Below, piece by piece: positions 42,748-52,763 of a DNA stretch of 64,000 nucleotides. The stretch is from Myxococcales bacterium (GTDB lineage Bacteria > Myxococcota_A > Polyangia > Polyangiales > Ga0077539), in NCBI GenBank assembly GCA_016792845.1, contig JAEUKH010000054.1, forward strand, positions 131,708 through 195,707, given 5' to 3'. The position numbers were made by a program, and so were the translations under genes. How positions within the stretch are numbered: the first letter of the stretch is position 1; every line of letters starts with the position of its first letter. Under the pieces are notes generated by a model. It saw only the letters and a program-made list of their open reading frames with translations, was not told the DNA's origin and made no database searches.

Positions 42748-44726
42748 GGGTACACCTGCTCGATGAGCATGGTCTCAAGGTCTTCAAAATCCATCGCGTA
42801 GTTGACCACCGCGCGGAGCGGCGCCGTCAAGAGCCGCCAGAGCGGCGTGCACTCGCCCCCGAAGAAGCGGTTGTATTGTTCTTTGATGGTGTTGATGTTC
42901 AGGTCTTCTTTGATGTTGACCTGATTGTTGAGCGGGGCCGGGGGCAGCCTGGGCGTCCACATCGAGTGGAGGGTCATGCCGAATTTGAGCTCGGGGTGCC
43001 CCAGACGACAGATCGGGCCGCGGGCCATGTCTTGCGCGAGGTACACCCAGAGCTCGTCGCCGCTCGACCCTTCGGGCAGCTGCGTCGACGGGTCTGAGAG
43101 GTTCATCACCACGACGTAGCCGTCTTCGCGGTCGACCTCGGGCCGGGCGCTCCGCACGTAGGTCGGCGCGAAGCAGTACCAGCCCGCGGGCACGTTGTGC
43201 CCATCGAAGGCGCCGGTCTCGGTGTTGAATCGAAACACGCTCGCGGGGATGCCCTGCTCAATGGGCAACGACTCTAGCGGCCCGGCGCGGTCTTTATAGA
43301 GATTGTAAAACGACACCGGGAGCTGGTCTGCGGTGAAGCCGCCCGCGTTAAGCCAGATGTTCTTGGTGCGGGTGATCTCGCCCTGACGGAAGCCCGGGTG
43401 GGTGTACACCGCGATGCCCCAGGTGAAGCGGTCGTCAGCGTAGAAGCGCGAGCGCACGGCGTTGTTGCCGAGCTCGAGCTCGTGCACCCCCATCATGCCG
43501 CGGATGATCGGCACCGGGGTGAGCATCCCGTCGGCCCAGGCGGGCACGCGGTCGCCGTTGACGAGCCGCTCGCCCTCGCGCAAGACGTGGGTGAGGTCTT
43601 CGCTCGGGGTGTGGGTCATCACCAGCTTGATCTTGCCCTCGCTGTCGTCTTCGTCGACGGCGATGTGGAGCCCGCCCGGGCCGAGGGTGAATCGCTGGGC
43701 GTAGATGCGCGGCGGGTCTTCAGGGTTGAGGCTCGCCTCGCTGTCGACGAGGTCGCTCTTTTTGACCACCCAGACCGTGGCGACGGCGCTGGTCTGCCGC
43801 GCCACGAGGCGCTCAACCAGCAAGGGCGGCAGCGGCACCCAAGGGTGAAAGAGCGCCGCGATGGCTTCAATGAGGTTCACCGGAAAGTCGCTGTCGAGCA
43901 TCACAACGTGCTCGCGGGTGATGGCCAGCTGATGCAGCGTCTGCATCGCGACGTCGCCCTGGGTCTTCGGGTCGATCAGCCGCCAGTGGCGGACCCGCGG
44001 GTCGCGCTCGCGCCAACGGCAGAGGTGCGTAAACGGCCGCGTCAGGAGCGTCTTGGGGCTGTGATTCGAGCAATACAGATCGCCCGAGTGGGCGTCGACG
44101 GTGGCGTGGGCCGTGGTCTGTAGGAGCGGAAGCATCCACGGGGCCGGGAGCGCGGGCTTGTACTCGCTGCGGTACCCGATGGGCGTGATGGGCCTGAGCG
44201 AATAGGGGTCGATCTGCCACGGCCGCCCCGCGTCGGTGGTGACGATCATGCGACCCGAAACAGGGATGAACACCGGCGCCGTGTTGGGCAGCTCTTGGGC
44301 CCCAAGGGTGAGCGACATCTGCCCGAGGCCGTCGGTGCGAAACTGATGAACGCGGTGATCGACCAGCGGGCGCTTGAGATACTTCAGTTGATTGACCGCG
44401 CGGTGCACATACCAGCTCGCGGTGCGGGTCGCCGCCGAGGTGATCGAGACGCCCGCTTCATCGAGATCAATACGGTACGTGATGCCGTTGCTTGAGAGCA
44501 CCGGTGTACCCGTATGAACCCGCGGGCCGCTTACGAAGATGTGACCCCTGAGGTCGGCCGGGAGCTGCCCCGCGAGCACCTTGAGCTTGAGCCCGCGGTA
44601 CTCGATGGGGCTAGAGTCCATGATGGATTTGGGCGTCCCGGGGTGGGGGCCGGGGGCCACCGTCAACCCTGGCGCTGACCACCCGTCGGGGCGCGCCGGC
44701 CCCTGGTCAACATCGTCGTCTTGCAT
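42645..44726 (-). CDS. carotenoid oxygenase (RPE65/CCD) family protein
   Basis: ORF 42645-44840 trimmed to ATG at 44726. GQLPADLRGHIFVSGP, NTAPVFIPVSGRMIVTTDAGRPWQIDPYSLRPITPIGY and TAHATVDAHSGDLY follow the family pattern as I remember it. Sits next to the crtI-family gene. The 3' end overlaps that gene by 103 nt. Confidence 0.7.
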   Translation of the reverse strand: MQDDDVDQGPARPDGWSAPGLTVAPGPHPGTPKSIMDSSPIEYRGLKLKVLAGQLPADLRGHIFVSGPRVHTGTPVLSSNGITYRIDLDEAGVSITSAATRTASWYVHRAVNQLKYLKRPLVDHRVHQFRTDGLGQMSLTLGAQELPNTAPVFIPVSGRMIVTTDAGRPWQIDPYSLRPITPIGYRSEYKPALPAPWMLPLLQTTAHATVDAHSGDLYCSNHSPKTLLTRPFTHLCRWRERDPRVRHWRLIDPKTQGDVAMQTLHQLAITREHVVMLDSDFPVNLIEAIAALFHPWVPLPPLLVERLVARQTSAVATVWVVKKSDLVDSEASLNPEDPPRIYAQRFTLGPGGLHIAVDEDDSEGKIKLVMTHTPSEDLTHVLREGERLVNGDRVPAWADGMLTPVPIIRGMMGVHELELGNNAVRSRFYADDRFTWGIAVYTHPGFRQGEITRTKNIWLNAGGFTADQLPVSFYNLYKDRAGPLESLPIEQGIPASVFRFNTETGAFDGHNVPAGWYCFAPTYVRSARPEVDREDGYVVVMNLSDPSTQLPEGSSGDELWVYLAQDMARGPICRLGHPELKFGMTLHSMWTPRLPPAPLNNQVNIKEDLNINTIKEQYNRFFGGECTPLWRLLTAPLRAVVNYAMDFEDLETMLIEQVYPYFDTPGLSRASTISAEESTAGIPGPGWVPSPTR

Positions 44727-45103
44727 CGCTACCTCAGCCTCACTGCCAGCGCCCCGCTGGTTTCGCGGCGACGGCGACGACGCCAGCGCCCCGATGACCC
44801 TTTTACAGCGCGCGATGGTACGCCGTGCGCGCCGCCGCACAGACCGAAAAAGACAGCACAGAAAACACCAGCGGCGCCCGACCCGTGGGCCCGTCTGGGG
44901 CTCGCGGCGGCTGAAATCGCACGACTTTCGGCCCGGGCTGTGCTTTACACCGCCCCACCGCGCGGCGCCCCACGCTGGGGCTCGGCCACCTCCCTACGCG
45001 CTTTGACGGCGTATCTTGAGCGCGCGGTGCCCCTCACCGGGGTGTCACCCACGAAACGAATTTGCCCACGATGTAAAGCCGTCGCGGGTCTTGAGGTACG
45101 AAA

Positions 45104-46507
<1,404 letters not shown>

Positions 46508-46526
46508 GCTGGTGTTCTCTTGAAAC

Positions 46527-46549
46527 GGGGTGTACACGCCGTGCACCCC
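46527..46549 (+). terminator. possible stem-loop after rhlE
   Basis: GGGGTGTAC acgcc GTGCACCCC: a 9-bp stem including one G-U pair, and no U-tract. Confidence 0.3.
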
Positions 46550-46638
46550 GGTGATCCGTCGGGGTGATGCCAGATCAAACGGGCGTCACCGCGGCGGGAG
46601 TGCGTGCCAGGCGCGCGCCCGCGGTGGTCTCACACACT

Positions 46639-47253
46639 ATGAAAATCTCGCGTAAAGTTGTGGCCTTTGCGGCGGTGACGCTCGGCCTCTCGACGGTGCT
46701 CGCCCAAGAGCTTCGAGGCGCCCTCGGCCCTGCAATGGCGCTCCCCGTGACCGCGCCTCCCGCGCATACAGAGACCGCGCAGGCGGCGGTGGGGCTCCAT
46801 GAGGCTGCGGCGGTGATGCCGCATCCGATGGTGAGCCCGCGTCGGGCGGGTCGCGCGGCGCCGAACGTGGTGGTGGCCGAGATGAGCACCGAGTGGACCA
46901 CCGCGTACGGCACGGCGTGGGTGGTCATTTCGGCCTTGTCGGTGACGATCACGACCTCGGGGGGGCCGGTGATGATCACGGCGAATTTGAACCACAACGC
47001 GATCGGCGAAGACGGCGCCCGCGGGTACTTCACCATCTTTCGCGACGAGATGAACCTCGGCAACGCCAACGTCGGCCTTCAGATCGCCGAGGGCCGCGGC
47101 GACAGCGAGAACGAGGCCGTGGCCATCGTCTACGTCGACCGCCCCGAACCGGGCACCCACACCTACAGCGTGCGGGTGCGCTCGGGCGACGGCATCACGA
47201 TGGTCTCAGAAGACGGTCAGCGCGCCCAACTCGCAGCCATCGAGTTGCACTGA
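46639..47253 (+). CDS. hypothetical secreted protein
   Basis: ORF 46564-47253 trimmed to ATG at 46639. Signal peptide MKISRKVVAFAAVTLGLSTVLAQE. Confidence 0.6.
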   Translation: MKISRKVVAFAAVTLGLSTVLAQELRGALGPAMALPVTAPPAHTETAQAAVGLHEAAAVMPHPMVSPRRAGRAAPNVVVAEMSTEWTTAYGTAWVVISALSVTITTSGGPVMITANLNHNAIGEDGARGYFTIFRDEMNLGNANVGLQIAEGRGDSENEAVAIVYVDRPEPGTHTYSVRVRSGDGITMVSEDGQRAQLAAIELH

Positions 47254-47303
47254 AGCGCCCCGCGCCCTGTACCGCGCGCGCCGCGGTGGTGTAGAAGACG
47301 CGG

Positions 47304-48275
47304 GTGCGCCCTCTTCGCCCCCTCGTCACGGGTCTGTTCTGCGTTTCTCTTGTAATTTCAGCCTGTTCTGACCCCGCTCCGGTCAGCGTTGACAGCGGCC
47401 AGAGCGTCGACGCGGGCGGGCGTGACGTCGCCCTCGACGCGGGTTCGCTCGATGCGGGCTCGGCGGATGCGGGCTCCCTCGACGCGGGCTCGGCGGATGC
47501 GGGCTCGGTTGACGCGGGCGCCCTCGACGCTGCGACGGGTGACCTCGGCGCTCGAGACGGCGGCGTCGACGGGGGGCCCCTCGGGAGCGACGCGGGGGCC
47601 GACGGAGGGGCCGTCAGCGACGCAGGGGCGGGCCTCGGCGCGCTCTCGGGCATGTGCGGCACGCTGCGGACGATGTTGCGCTCGCCCGCTCCCTCGCTGG
47701 TGCGCAACGCGATGCAGTTTCGCGCGGGCGAGATGTACGTGCGCGGGGCGCTCTCTCCTGAGGCGCAGCGCATCTTCGACACGCCCAACGCGGGGGGCAG
47801 CTCGACCGAGTCCGAGGTGCTGAGCTTCGAGCTCTTGCGGCGCTGCGAGGGGGCCTCTCTGGTCGCCACCGAGACCGAGGTGATGTACACCCCGCCCGAC
47901 GACGCGGGGGCCAACTCGATCACCGACATTCTGCTCTCGATCGACGGCCAACGGGTGGGGGTCAGCGTGACCCGGGCCTACCGACCGCGGCCCATGATGG
48001 TCACCGAAGACCAGATGCGCACCCTCTTGACCGAGAAGCTCAACGGCATCAACCGCAGCACGCAGCGGGTGCTGCCGGCCCAGGCCTGGGTGAAGCAGAT
48101 TCTTCATGTCTGGGCGGTCGACGAGGCCGCCGCGGGGGTGGTCGAGCGGGTGTGGCCGACGCTGAGCGCGTCGCTCCGGGCTGACACCATCGTGCTGCTC
48201 ACGGTGTCGAGCGGGGGCGGCTTTCTGTACTGCAACCCCGACCCGCCGCTCGGCAGCGAGTGCCCCTCGCTCTGA
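47304..48275 (+). CDS. hypothetical lipoprotein with an (L/A)DAGS pentapeptide repeat region
   Basis: GTG at 47304. Lipobox LFCVSLVISACSD. Repeat region, then a globular C-terminal half. Confidence 0.65.
   Translation: MRPLRPLVTGLFCVSLVISACSDPAPVSVDSGQSVDAGGRDVALDAGSLDAGSADAGSLDAGSADAGSVDAGALDAATGDLGARDGGVDGGPLGSDAGADGGAVSDAGAGLGALSGMCGTLRTMLRSPAPSLVRNAMQFRAGEMYVRGALSPEAQRIFDTPNAGGSSTESEVLSFELLRRCEGASLVATETEVMYTPPDDAGANSITDILLSIDGQRVGVSVTRAYRPRPMMVTEDQMRTLLTEKLNGINRSTQRVLPAQAWVKQILHVWAVDEAAAGVVERVWPTLSASLRADTIVLLTVSSGGGFLYCNPDPPLGSECPSL
47433..47537 (+). repeat. in-frame 15-bp tandem repeat, 7 units (CTCGAYGCGGGYTCG / GCGGATGCGGGCTCS)
   Basis: Read directly. Encodes LDAGS LDAGS ADAGS LDAGS ADAGS VDAGA LDAAT. 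Confidence 0.85.
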
Positions 48276-48303
48276 GGCGTGAAGGGCAAGGCGGGGCGAC
48301 GGG

Positions 48304-49260
48304 TCAGCGGCGCGTCCACCAGGCGCGGTGGGCGTTGCGGTTGCGGTACTCGGGCGCGACGGTCTTGTCGGTGACCTCGCGGAGCCCGAGGCGTTCGAGG
48401 TCTGGCTCGAAGCGTTGATGGTTGGTGCTGAACCACAGCTGCCCTTCGACTTCGAGGGTCGCGAGGGCCGCTTCGACCATGCGCCGGTGATCGCGCAAGA
48501 CCTCAAGCTCGGGGTCTTCGCCCGCGGTCGAGAACGAAGGCGGGTCGAGCACGATGAGGTCGTAGCGCGCCCCCGAGAGCCGCGCTTCATTGAGGAACGC
48601 GAGGCAGTCTCGGGCCTCGAAGCGGTGCTGCGAGCCGAGCAGCGCGTTGAGGGCCATGTTGTGATGGGCGCGCTCGAGGTACTGCCTTGAGCGGTCGACG
48701 GTGACGGTCTCGCGGGCGCCCGCGGCGGCGGCGTACACCGTAAAGCTCCCGGTATAACCATACAGGTTGAGGAAGCGCTTGCCCCGGGCCTCGCGCGCCA
48801 CCCACTGCCGCGTCGGTCGGTGGTCTGCGAAGAGCCCCGTGTCAATGTGCGACGCGAGGTCGACCGAGAACCGATGCCCGCTCTCGTGGACGATCTTCTC
48901 GGCGCGCTGCCCCGAGGCCCCGTAGCGCCCCGCGGTGTCGCCCTCGTGTCGGGTGTGACGCCGCTTGTAGTGACACCGCGAAGCGTCGACGCCGAGGGCC
49001 TCGGCCACCGCCGCGCCCAGGCTCTCAAGGTACTGCGGCACGGTGCTGGTCTGTTCGCGCTCGTACTCGGCGAAGACCAGGTCGCCGTCGTACCAGTCGA
49101 TCACCACCCGCACCTCGGGGATGTCTTGATCGAAGAGACGGAAGACCGTGGTCTTCTCGCGCGCGAGGCGCTTCTGCCAGTGTTTGAGGTTCTTCGCGGC
49201 TCGGTTGGCCGTCATCGCGGCGTGCCGCGATACATCTTCAGGGCGTAGCGCGCCTTTCAT
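48304..49260 (-). CDS. class I SAM-dependent rRNA methyltransferase (RlmK C-terminal half / RlmI-like)
   Basis: FRLFDQDIPEVRVVIDWYDGDLV, then RFLNLYGYTGSFTVYAAAAGA and YDLIVLDPPSFS. Start ATG 49260 or 49215. Confidence 0.8.
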   Translation of the reverse strand: MKGALRPEDVSRHAAMTANRAAKNLKHWQKRLAREKTTVFRLFDQDIPEVRVVIDWYDGDLVFAEYEREQTSTVPQYLESLGAAVAEALGVDASRCHYKRRHTRHEGDTAGRYGASGQRAEKIVHESGHRFSVDLASHIDTGLFADHRPTRQWVAREARGKRFLNLYGYTGSFTVYAAAAGARETVTVDRSRQYLERAHHNMALNALLGSQHRFEARDCLAFLNEARLSGARYDLIVLDPPSFSTAGEDPELEVLRDHRRMVEAALATLEVEGQLWFSTNHQRFEPDLERLGLREVTDKTVAPEYRNRNAHRAWWTRR

Positions 49261-49264
49261 GCCA

Positions 49265-51145
49265 TCACTCTTTGTTCGCGTATCGGTCGGGCACGCGGAT
49301 GCCCGCTTCGGTCAGGGCCTTGCGCAGCTCGGCGCGGCTCACGGCCTTGGCCATGGCCTCTTTCACTTCAACCTTGCCCGACTTGACGAGCTCGCAGAGC
49401 GAGTCGGTCAGGGTGCTCATGCCGATGGCGCGGTTGGTCTGCATAATCCCAGGGATTTGAAAGACCTTGCCCTCGCGGATGAGGTTCGCCACCGCCGGGG
49501 TCACCACCAAGACCTCGTACGCGGCCACCCGCCCGCCGCCGACCTTCTTGCAGAGCGTCTGCGCGATCACGCCGCGCAACGACTCTGAGAGCATCGTGCG
49601 AATCTGACCCTGCCGCTCACCCGGAAACTGATCAATGATGCGGTCGACGGTGCTCGGCGCCGTACGGGTGTGCAGGGTGCCGAACACCAGGTGCCCCGTC
49701 TCGGCCGTCTCGATGGCCATCGCGATGGTCTCGAGGTCGCGGAGCTCGCCCACCAGCACCACGTCGGGGTCTTCGCGCAGGGCCGCCCGCAGCGCGTTCT
49801 TGAACGAATCGGTGTGCACCCTGATCTCGCGCTGGTTGACGAGACACTTCTTGTTCTGATGCACAAACTCGATCGGGTCTTCCATCGTGATGATGTGCTC
49901 ACGACGGCTTGCGTTGATGCGATCGATGAGCGTGGCCAGGGTGGTGCTCTTGCCCGAGCCCGTCGGGCCCGTCACCAGCACGAGACCCTTCGACAGGTTG
50001 CAAAACTCTGTCACCGACTTGGGCAGCCCGAGCTGCTCGAAGGGCACGATCTCTTCAGGGATGCGACGCATCACCGCCGCGTTGCCGCTGCGGTCGACGT
50101 AGGCGTTGCAGCGAAACCGCGCCACGCCCTTCAGCTCATACGCGTAATCGGTGTCGCGACGCTCGGCCAGCTCGCGCCGGTTGGCCACCGGCATCGTGGC
50201 GTAAAGGAGCTGCATGATCAGCTCCTGGGTGAGCGTCGGCCAGGTGCCCTCGAGCGGCTTGATGCTGCCGTGAACCCGCGCCATCGGCGGCCGCCCCACG
50301 CACAGGTGGAGGTCGCTGCCGCCGAGCTTCGAGAGCGTGCGCAAGAGCGTGTCGATGCGGGCGCTGTCGTAGCTCGCCGTCGGCACCTCGACCCCCGCGC
50401 CGCTGCCCCCGAGCCCTGGCGGCGGCGGCAAGGTCGCCGGAGGCGCCGGGATGCTGTCTGACGAACGCGCCGCCCTCGGCTCGGGCGCCGTCGGCGGCGG
50501 CAGGCTCGCGCGCTCGACCCCCGCGCCCGGTGTCGGAGCGCCCGGCGACGAGGGCCGAAGCGAGGCGCCCGCGGCCACCCCGGCCACCGAGCCGCCCATC
50601 GGCGTCGACCGACCCAACATCGCATCGACCGGCGCGAAGCTCGACGAGGGGCGCTGCGGCGGCCCCAAGGCCGTCGACGGCAGCTGCGAGGCCCGCGCCG
50701 AGCCCCCGGCAGGCGTCGGCGGGCCGAGGGTGCTCGCCATGACCGCGCTCGCGGCCCGCGGGTCGGGCGGCAACGACAGAATGCCCGTGGTGGGCTCGGG
50801 GCGGCGGGGGCGCTCGCTCACGCTCCGCGCTGGTTTGGCGCTCGGCGGCAACGGGGTGATGGTCACACGCCACAACCCGGGCGTAGGCGTAACGTCGATG
50901 TTGACTTGCGGGTCTACAGTTGGGTACGAAAACTTGGTGGGCCGAGAGCTGCGCACGTCGCTCAGCGCCTCAGGGGGCATGGCATCTTGGATGGTGGCCA
51001 CCAGCACGGCATGGTCGACGGTCTGGGTGCTCGCGCGCTCGGTGCCGTTGGCGAGCTTCGCCACCACGGGGCCGTTGCTCTGGAGGCTGAGCGTGGTGGC
51101 CTCGAAGCGCAGCATGTGCTGAAGGTATTTGTCGAGCTGTGCCAT
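49265..51145 (-). CDS. PilT-family type IV pilus retraction-type ATPase paralogue with a 250-aa N-terminal extension
   Basis: The C-terminal 370 aa are PilT-like: GGSDLHLCVGRPPMARVHG, Walker A GPTGSGKSTT, ITMEDPIEFVH, REDPDVVLVGELRD, AETGHLVFGTLHT. The N-terminus is a ~100-aa domain followed by a Pro/Ala/Ser-rich linker. Confidence 0.85.
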   Translation of the reverse strand: MAQLDKYLQHMLRFEATTLSLQSNGPVVAKLANGTERASTQTVDHAVLVATIQDAMPPEALSDVRSSRPTKFSYPTVDPQVNIDVTPTPGLWRVTITPLPPSAKPARSVSERPRRPEPTTGILSLPPDPRAASAVMASTLGPPTPAGGSARASQLPSTALGPPQRPSSSFAPVDAMLGRSTPMGGSVAGVAAGASLRPSSPGAPTPGAGVERASLPPPTAPEPRAARSSDSIPAPPATLPPPPGLGGSGAGVEVPTASYDSARIDTLLRTLSKLGGSDLHLCVGRPPMARVHGSIKPLEGTWPTLTQELIMQLLYATMPVANRRELAERRDTDYAYELKGVARFRCNAYVDRSGNAAVMRRIPEEIVPFEQLGLPKSVTEFCNLSKGLVLVTGPTGSGKSTTLATLIDRINASRREHIITMEDPIEFVHQNKKCLVNQREIRVHTDSFKNALRAALREDPDVVLVGELRDLETIAMAIETAETGHLVFGTLHTRTAPSTVDRIIDQFPGERQGQIRTMLSESLRGVIAQTLCKKVGGGRVAAYEVLVVTPAVANLIREGKVFQIPGIMQTNRAIGMSTLTDSLCELVKSGKVEVKEAMAKAVSRAELRKALTEAGIRVPDRYANKE

Positions 51146-51164
51146 GGGGGGTGCTGCGCCGCGC

Positions 51165-52697
51165 TCAGAGCTCGGGGATGGTGATCCCGGCGTTGGTGAA
51201 GAGGAGCCGAAGGTCTGCCTTGTTGACGGCCTTGAGGTAGGCCTCTTTGGGCTCGATGACGCCCCGGATGACCAGGTCGGTGAGCGACTCGCCGAGGGTG
51301 ATCATGCCGGCGCCCCGCGATGATTGCATGGTGCCGTAGAGCTGAAAGGTCTTGCCCTCGCGGATGAGGTTCGAGACCGCCGGGGTGCCGAGCAGCACCT
51401 CGAAGGCAGGCACGCGCCCGCCGCCGATCTTCTTGCAGAGGGTCTGCGCGATCACGCCCTTCAGAGATTCGGCCAGCATCGCGCGGATCTGACTCTGCCG
51501 CTCATGGGGAAACTGGTCGATCATGCGGTCGACGGTGCTCGGCGCGGTGTTCGTGTGCAAGGTGCCGAACACGAGGTGCCCCGTCTCGGCCGTCTCGATG
51601 GCGATCTCGACGGTCTCGAGGTCGCGCATCTCGCCCACCAAGACCACGTCGGGGTCTTCGCGAAGCGCGGCCCTGAGGGCGTTGCGAAAGCTGTCGGTGT
51701 GCACATGAACCTCGCGCTGGTTGACGAGGCACTTCTTGTCGTGGTGCACAAACTCGATCGGGTCTTCAATGGTGAGGATGTGGTCGTCGCGATTCGCGTT
51801 GATGCGGTCGAGGAGCGAGGCCAAGGTGGTGCTCTTGCCCGAGCCCGTCGGGCCCGTCACGAGCACGAGCCCGCGGTTCAGCTCGCAGAGCTCGAGCACC
51901 TCGGCCGGGAGCCCGAGCCGCTCGACCGGCACGATCTCGAAGGGGATGCGCCGAAACACCGCGCCGGGCCCCAAACGGTCGGCGAACATGTTCACCCGAA
52001 AGCGCGAGACCCCCGACACCTCGTGGGCGAAATCGGTGTCGTGCCTGCGCTCGAACTCGGCCCGGTTGTGGGCGGGCATCAGCGGGTACAAGAGCGCCCT
52101 GAGGTTCTCAGGCGTGAGGGCGCCGAGGCTCTCATCAAAGCGCACGATCTCGCCGTGGACGCGCATCATCGGGGGCACGTTCGACGACAGGTGCAGGTCG
52201 CTCGCGCCCCGTTGGGCCATCACCCTGAGCATCTTGTCGATGGTCTCGGTGCCCGCCACCCGGGGGATGGCGCTCGAGCTCACCCGCACCGGCGGCCCGC
52301 CGGCGACGTATCCGCCCCCCGCCGCGGGAGGCACCGACACCGGGCTCGGCGCGCCCCGCTCACCCCGCGGCGCCCCTTGGCCCGCCCCTTGGCCCGCCCC
52401 AGGCAAGAGGGTCACCCGCCACGCTTGGGCCCCGGTGACCGACACCTCGACGGTCACCACCCCCGAGGGCGAACCTTCATACAAGAACCGAACGTCGCGG
52501 CCCATGGCGAGGTCGCGCAGGAGCGCCGCCGGGGCCACCTCGCTCACCATCGACTCGATCGCCGCGTGGTCGAGCACCTGGCTCGACGCGCGCTCTCCCG
52601 CGGTGGTGCGCACCAGCACCGGCGCCTGGCTCGCCGCCACCAGCGCGTCGGCCGCAAAGCGCACGAGATGCCCCACCAGCTTGTCGATCTGTTTCAT
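51165..52697 (-). CDS. PilT-family ATPase paralogue with a related N-terminal extension
   Basis: ORF 51165-52760 trimmed to ATG at 52697 (MKQIDKLVGHLVRF). GASDLHLSSNVPPMMRVHG, GPTGSGKSTT, LTIEDPIEFVH, AETGHLVFGTLHT. Shares long identical DNA runs with 49265-51145, e.g. the 29-mer AGGTGCCCCGTCTCGGCCGTCTCGATGGC on the plus strand. Confidence 0.85.
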   Translation of the reverse strand: MKQIDKLVGHLVRFAADALVAASQAPVLVRTTAGERASSQVLDHAAIESMVSEVAPAALLRDLAMGRDVRFLYEGSPSGVVTVEVSVTGAQAWRVTLLPGAGQGAGQGAPRGERGAPSPVSVPPAAGGGYVAGGPPVRVSSSAIPRVAGTETIDKMLRVMAQRGASDLHLSSNVPPMMRVHGEIVRFDESLGALTPENLRALLYPLMPAHNRAEFERRHDTDFAHEVSGVSRFRVNMFADRLGPGAVFRRIPFEIVPVERLGLPAEVLELCELNRGLVLVTGPTGSGKSTTLASLLDRINANRDDHILTIEDPIEFVHHDKKCLVNQREVHVHTDSFRNALRAALREDPDVVLVGEMRDLETVEIAIETAETGHLVFGTLHTNTAPSTVDRMIDQFPHERQSQIRAMLAESLKGVIAQTLCKKIGGGRVPAFEVLLGTPAVSNLIREGKTFQLYGTMQSSRGAGMITLGESLTDLVIRGVIEPKEAYLKAVNKADLRLLFTNAGITIPEL

Positions 52698-52763
52698 CGC
52701 TGCGTCACTCGCCCGGGCGCCCCGCGCCGTCGTCGCCACCGCCCTCGCGGCAGTGAGCATGTC

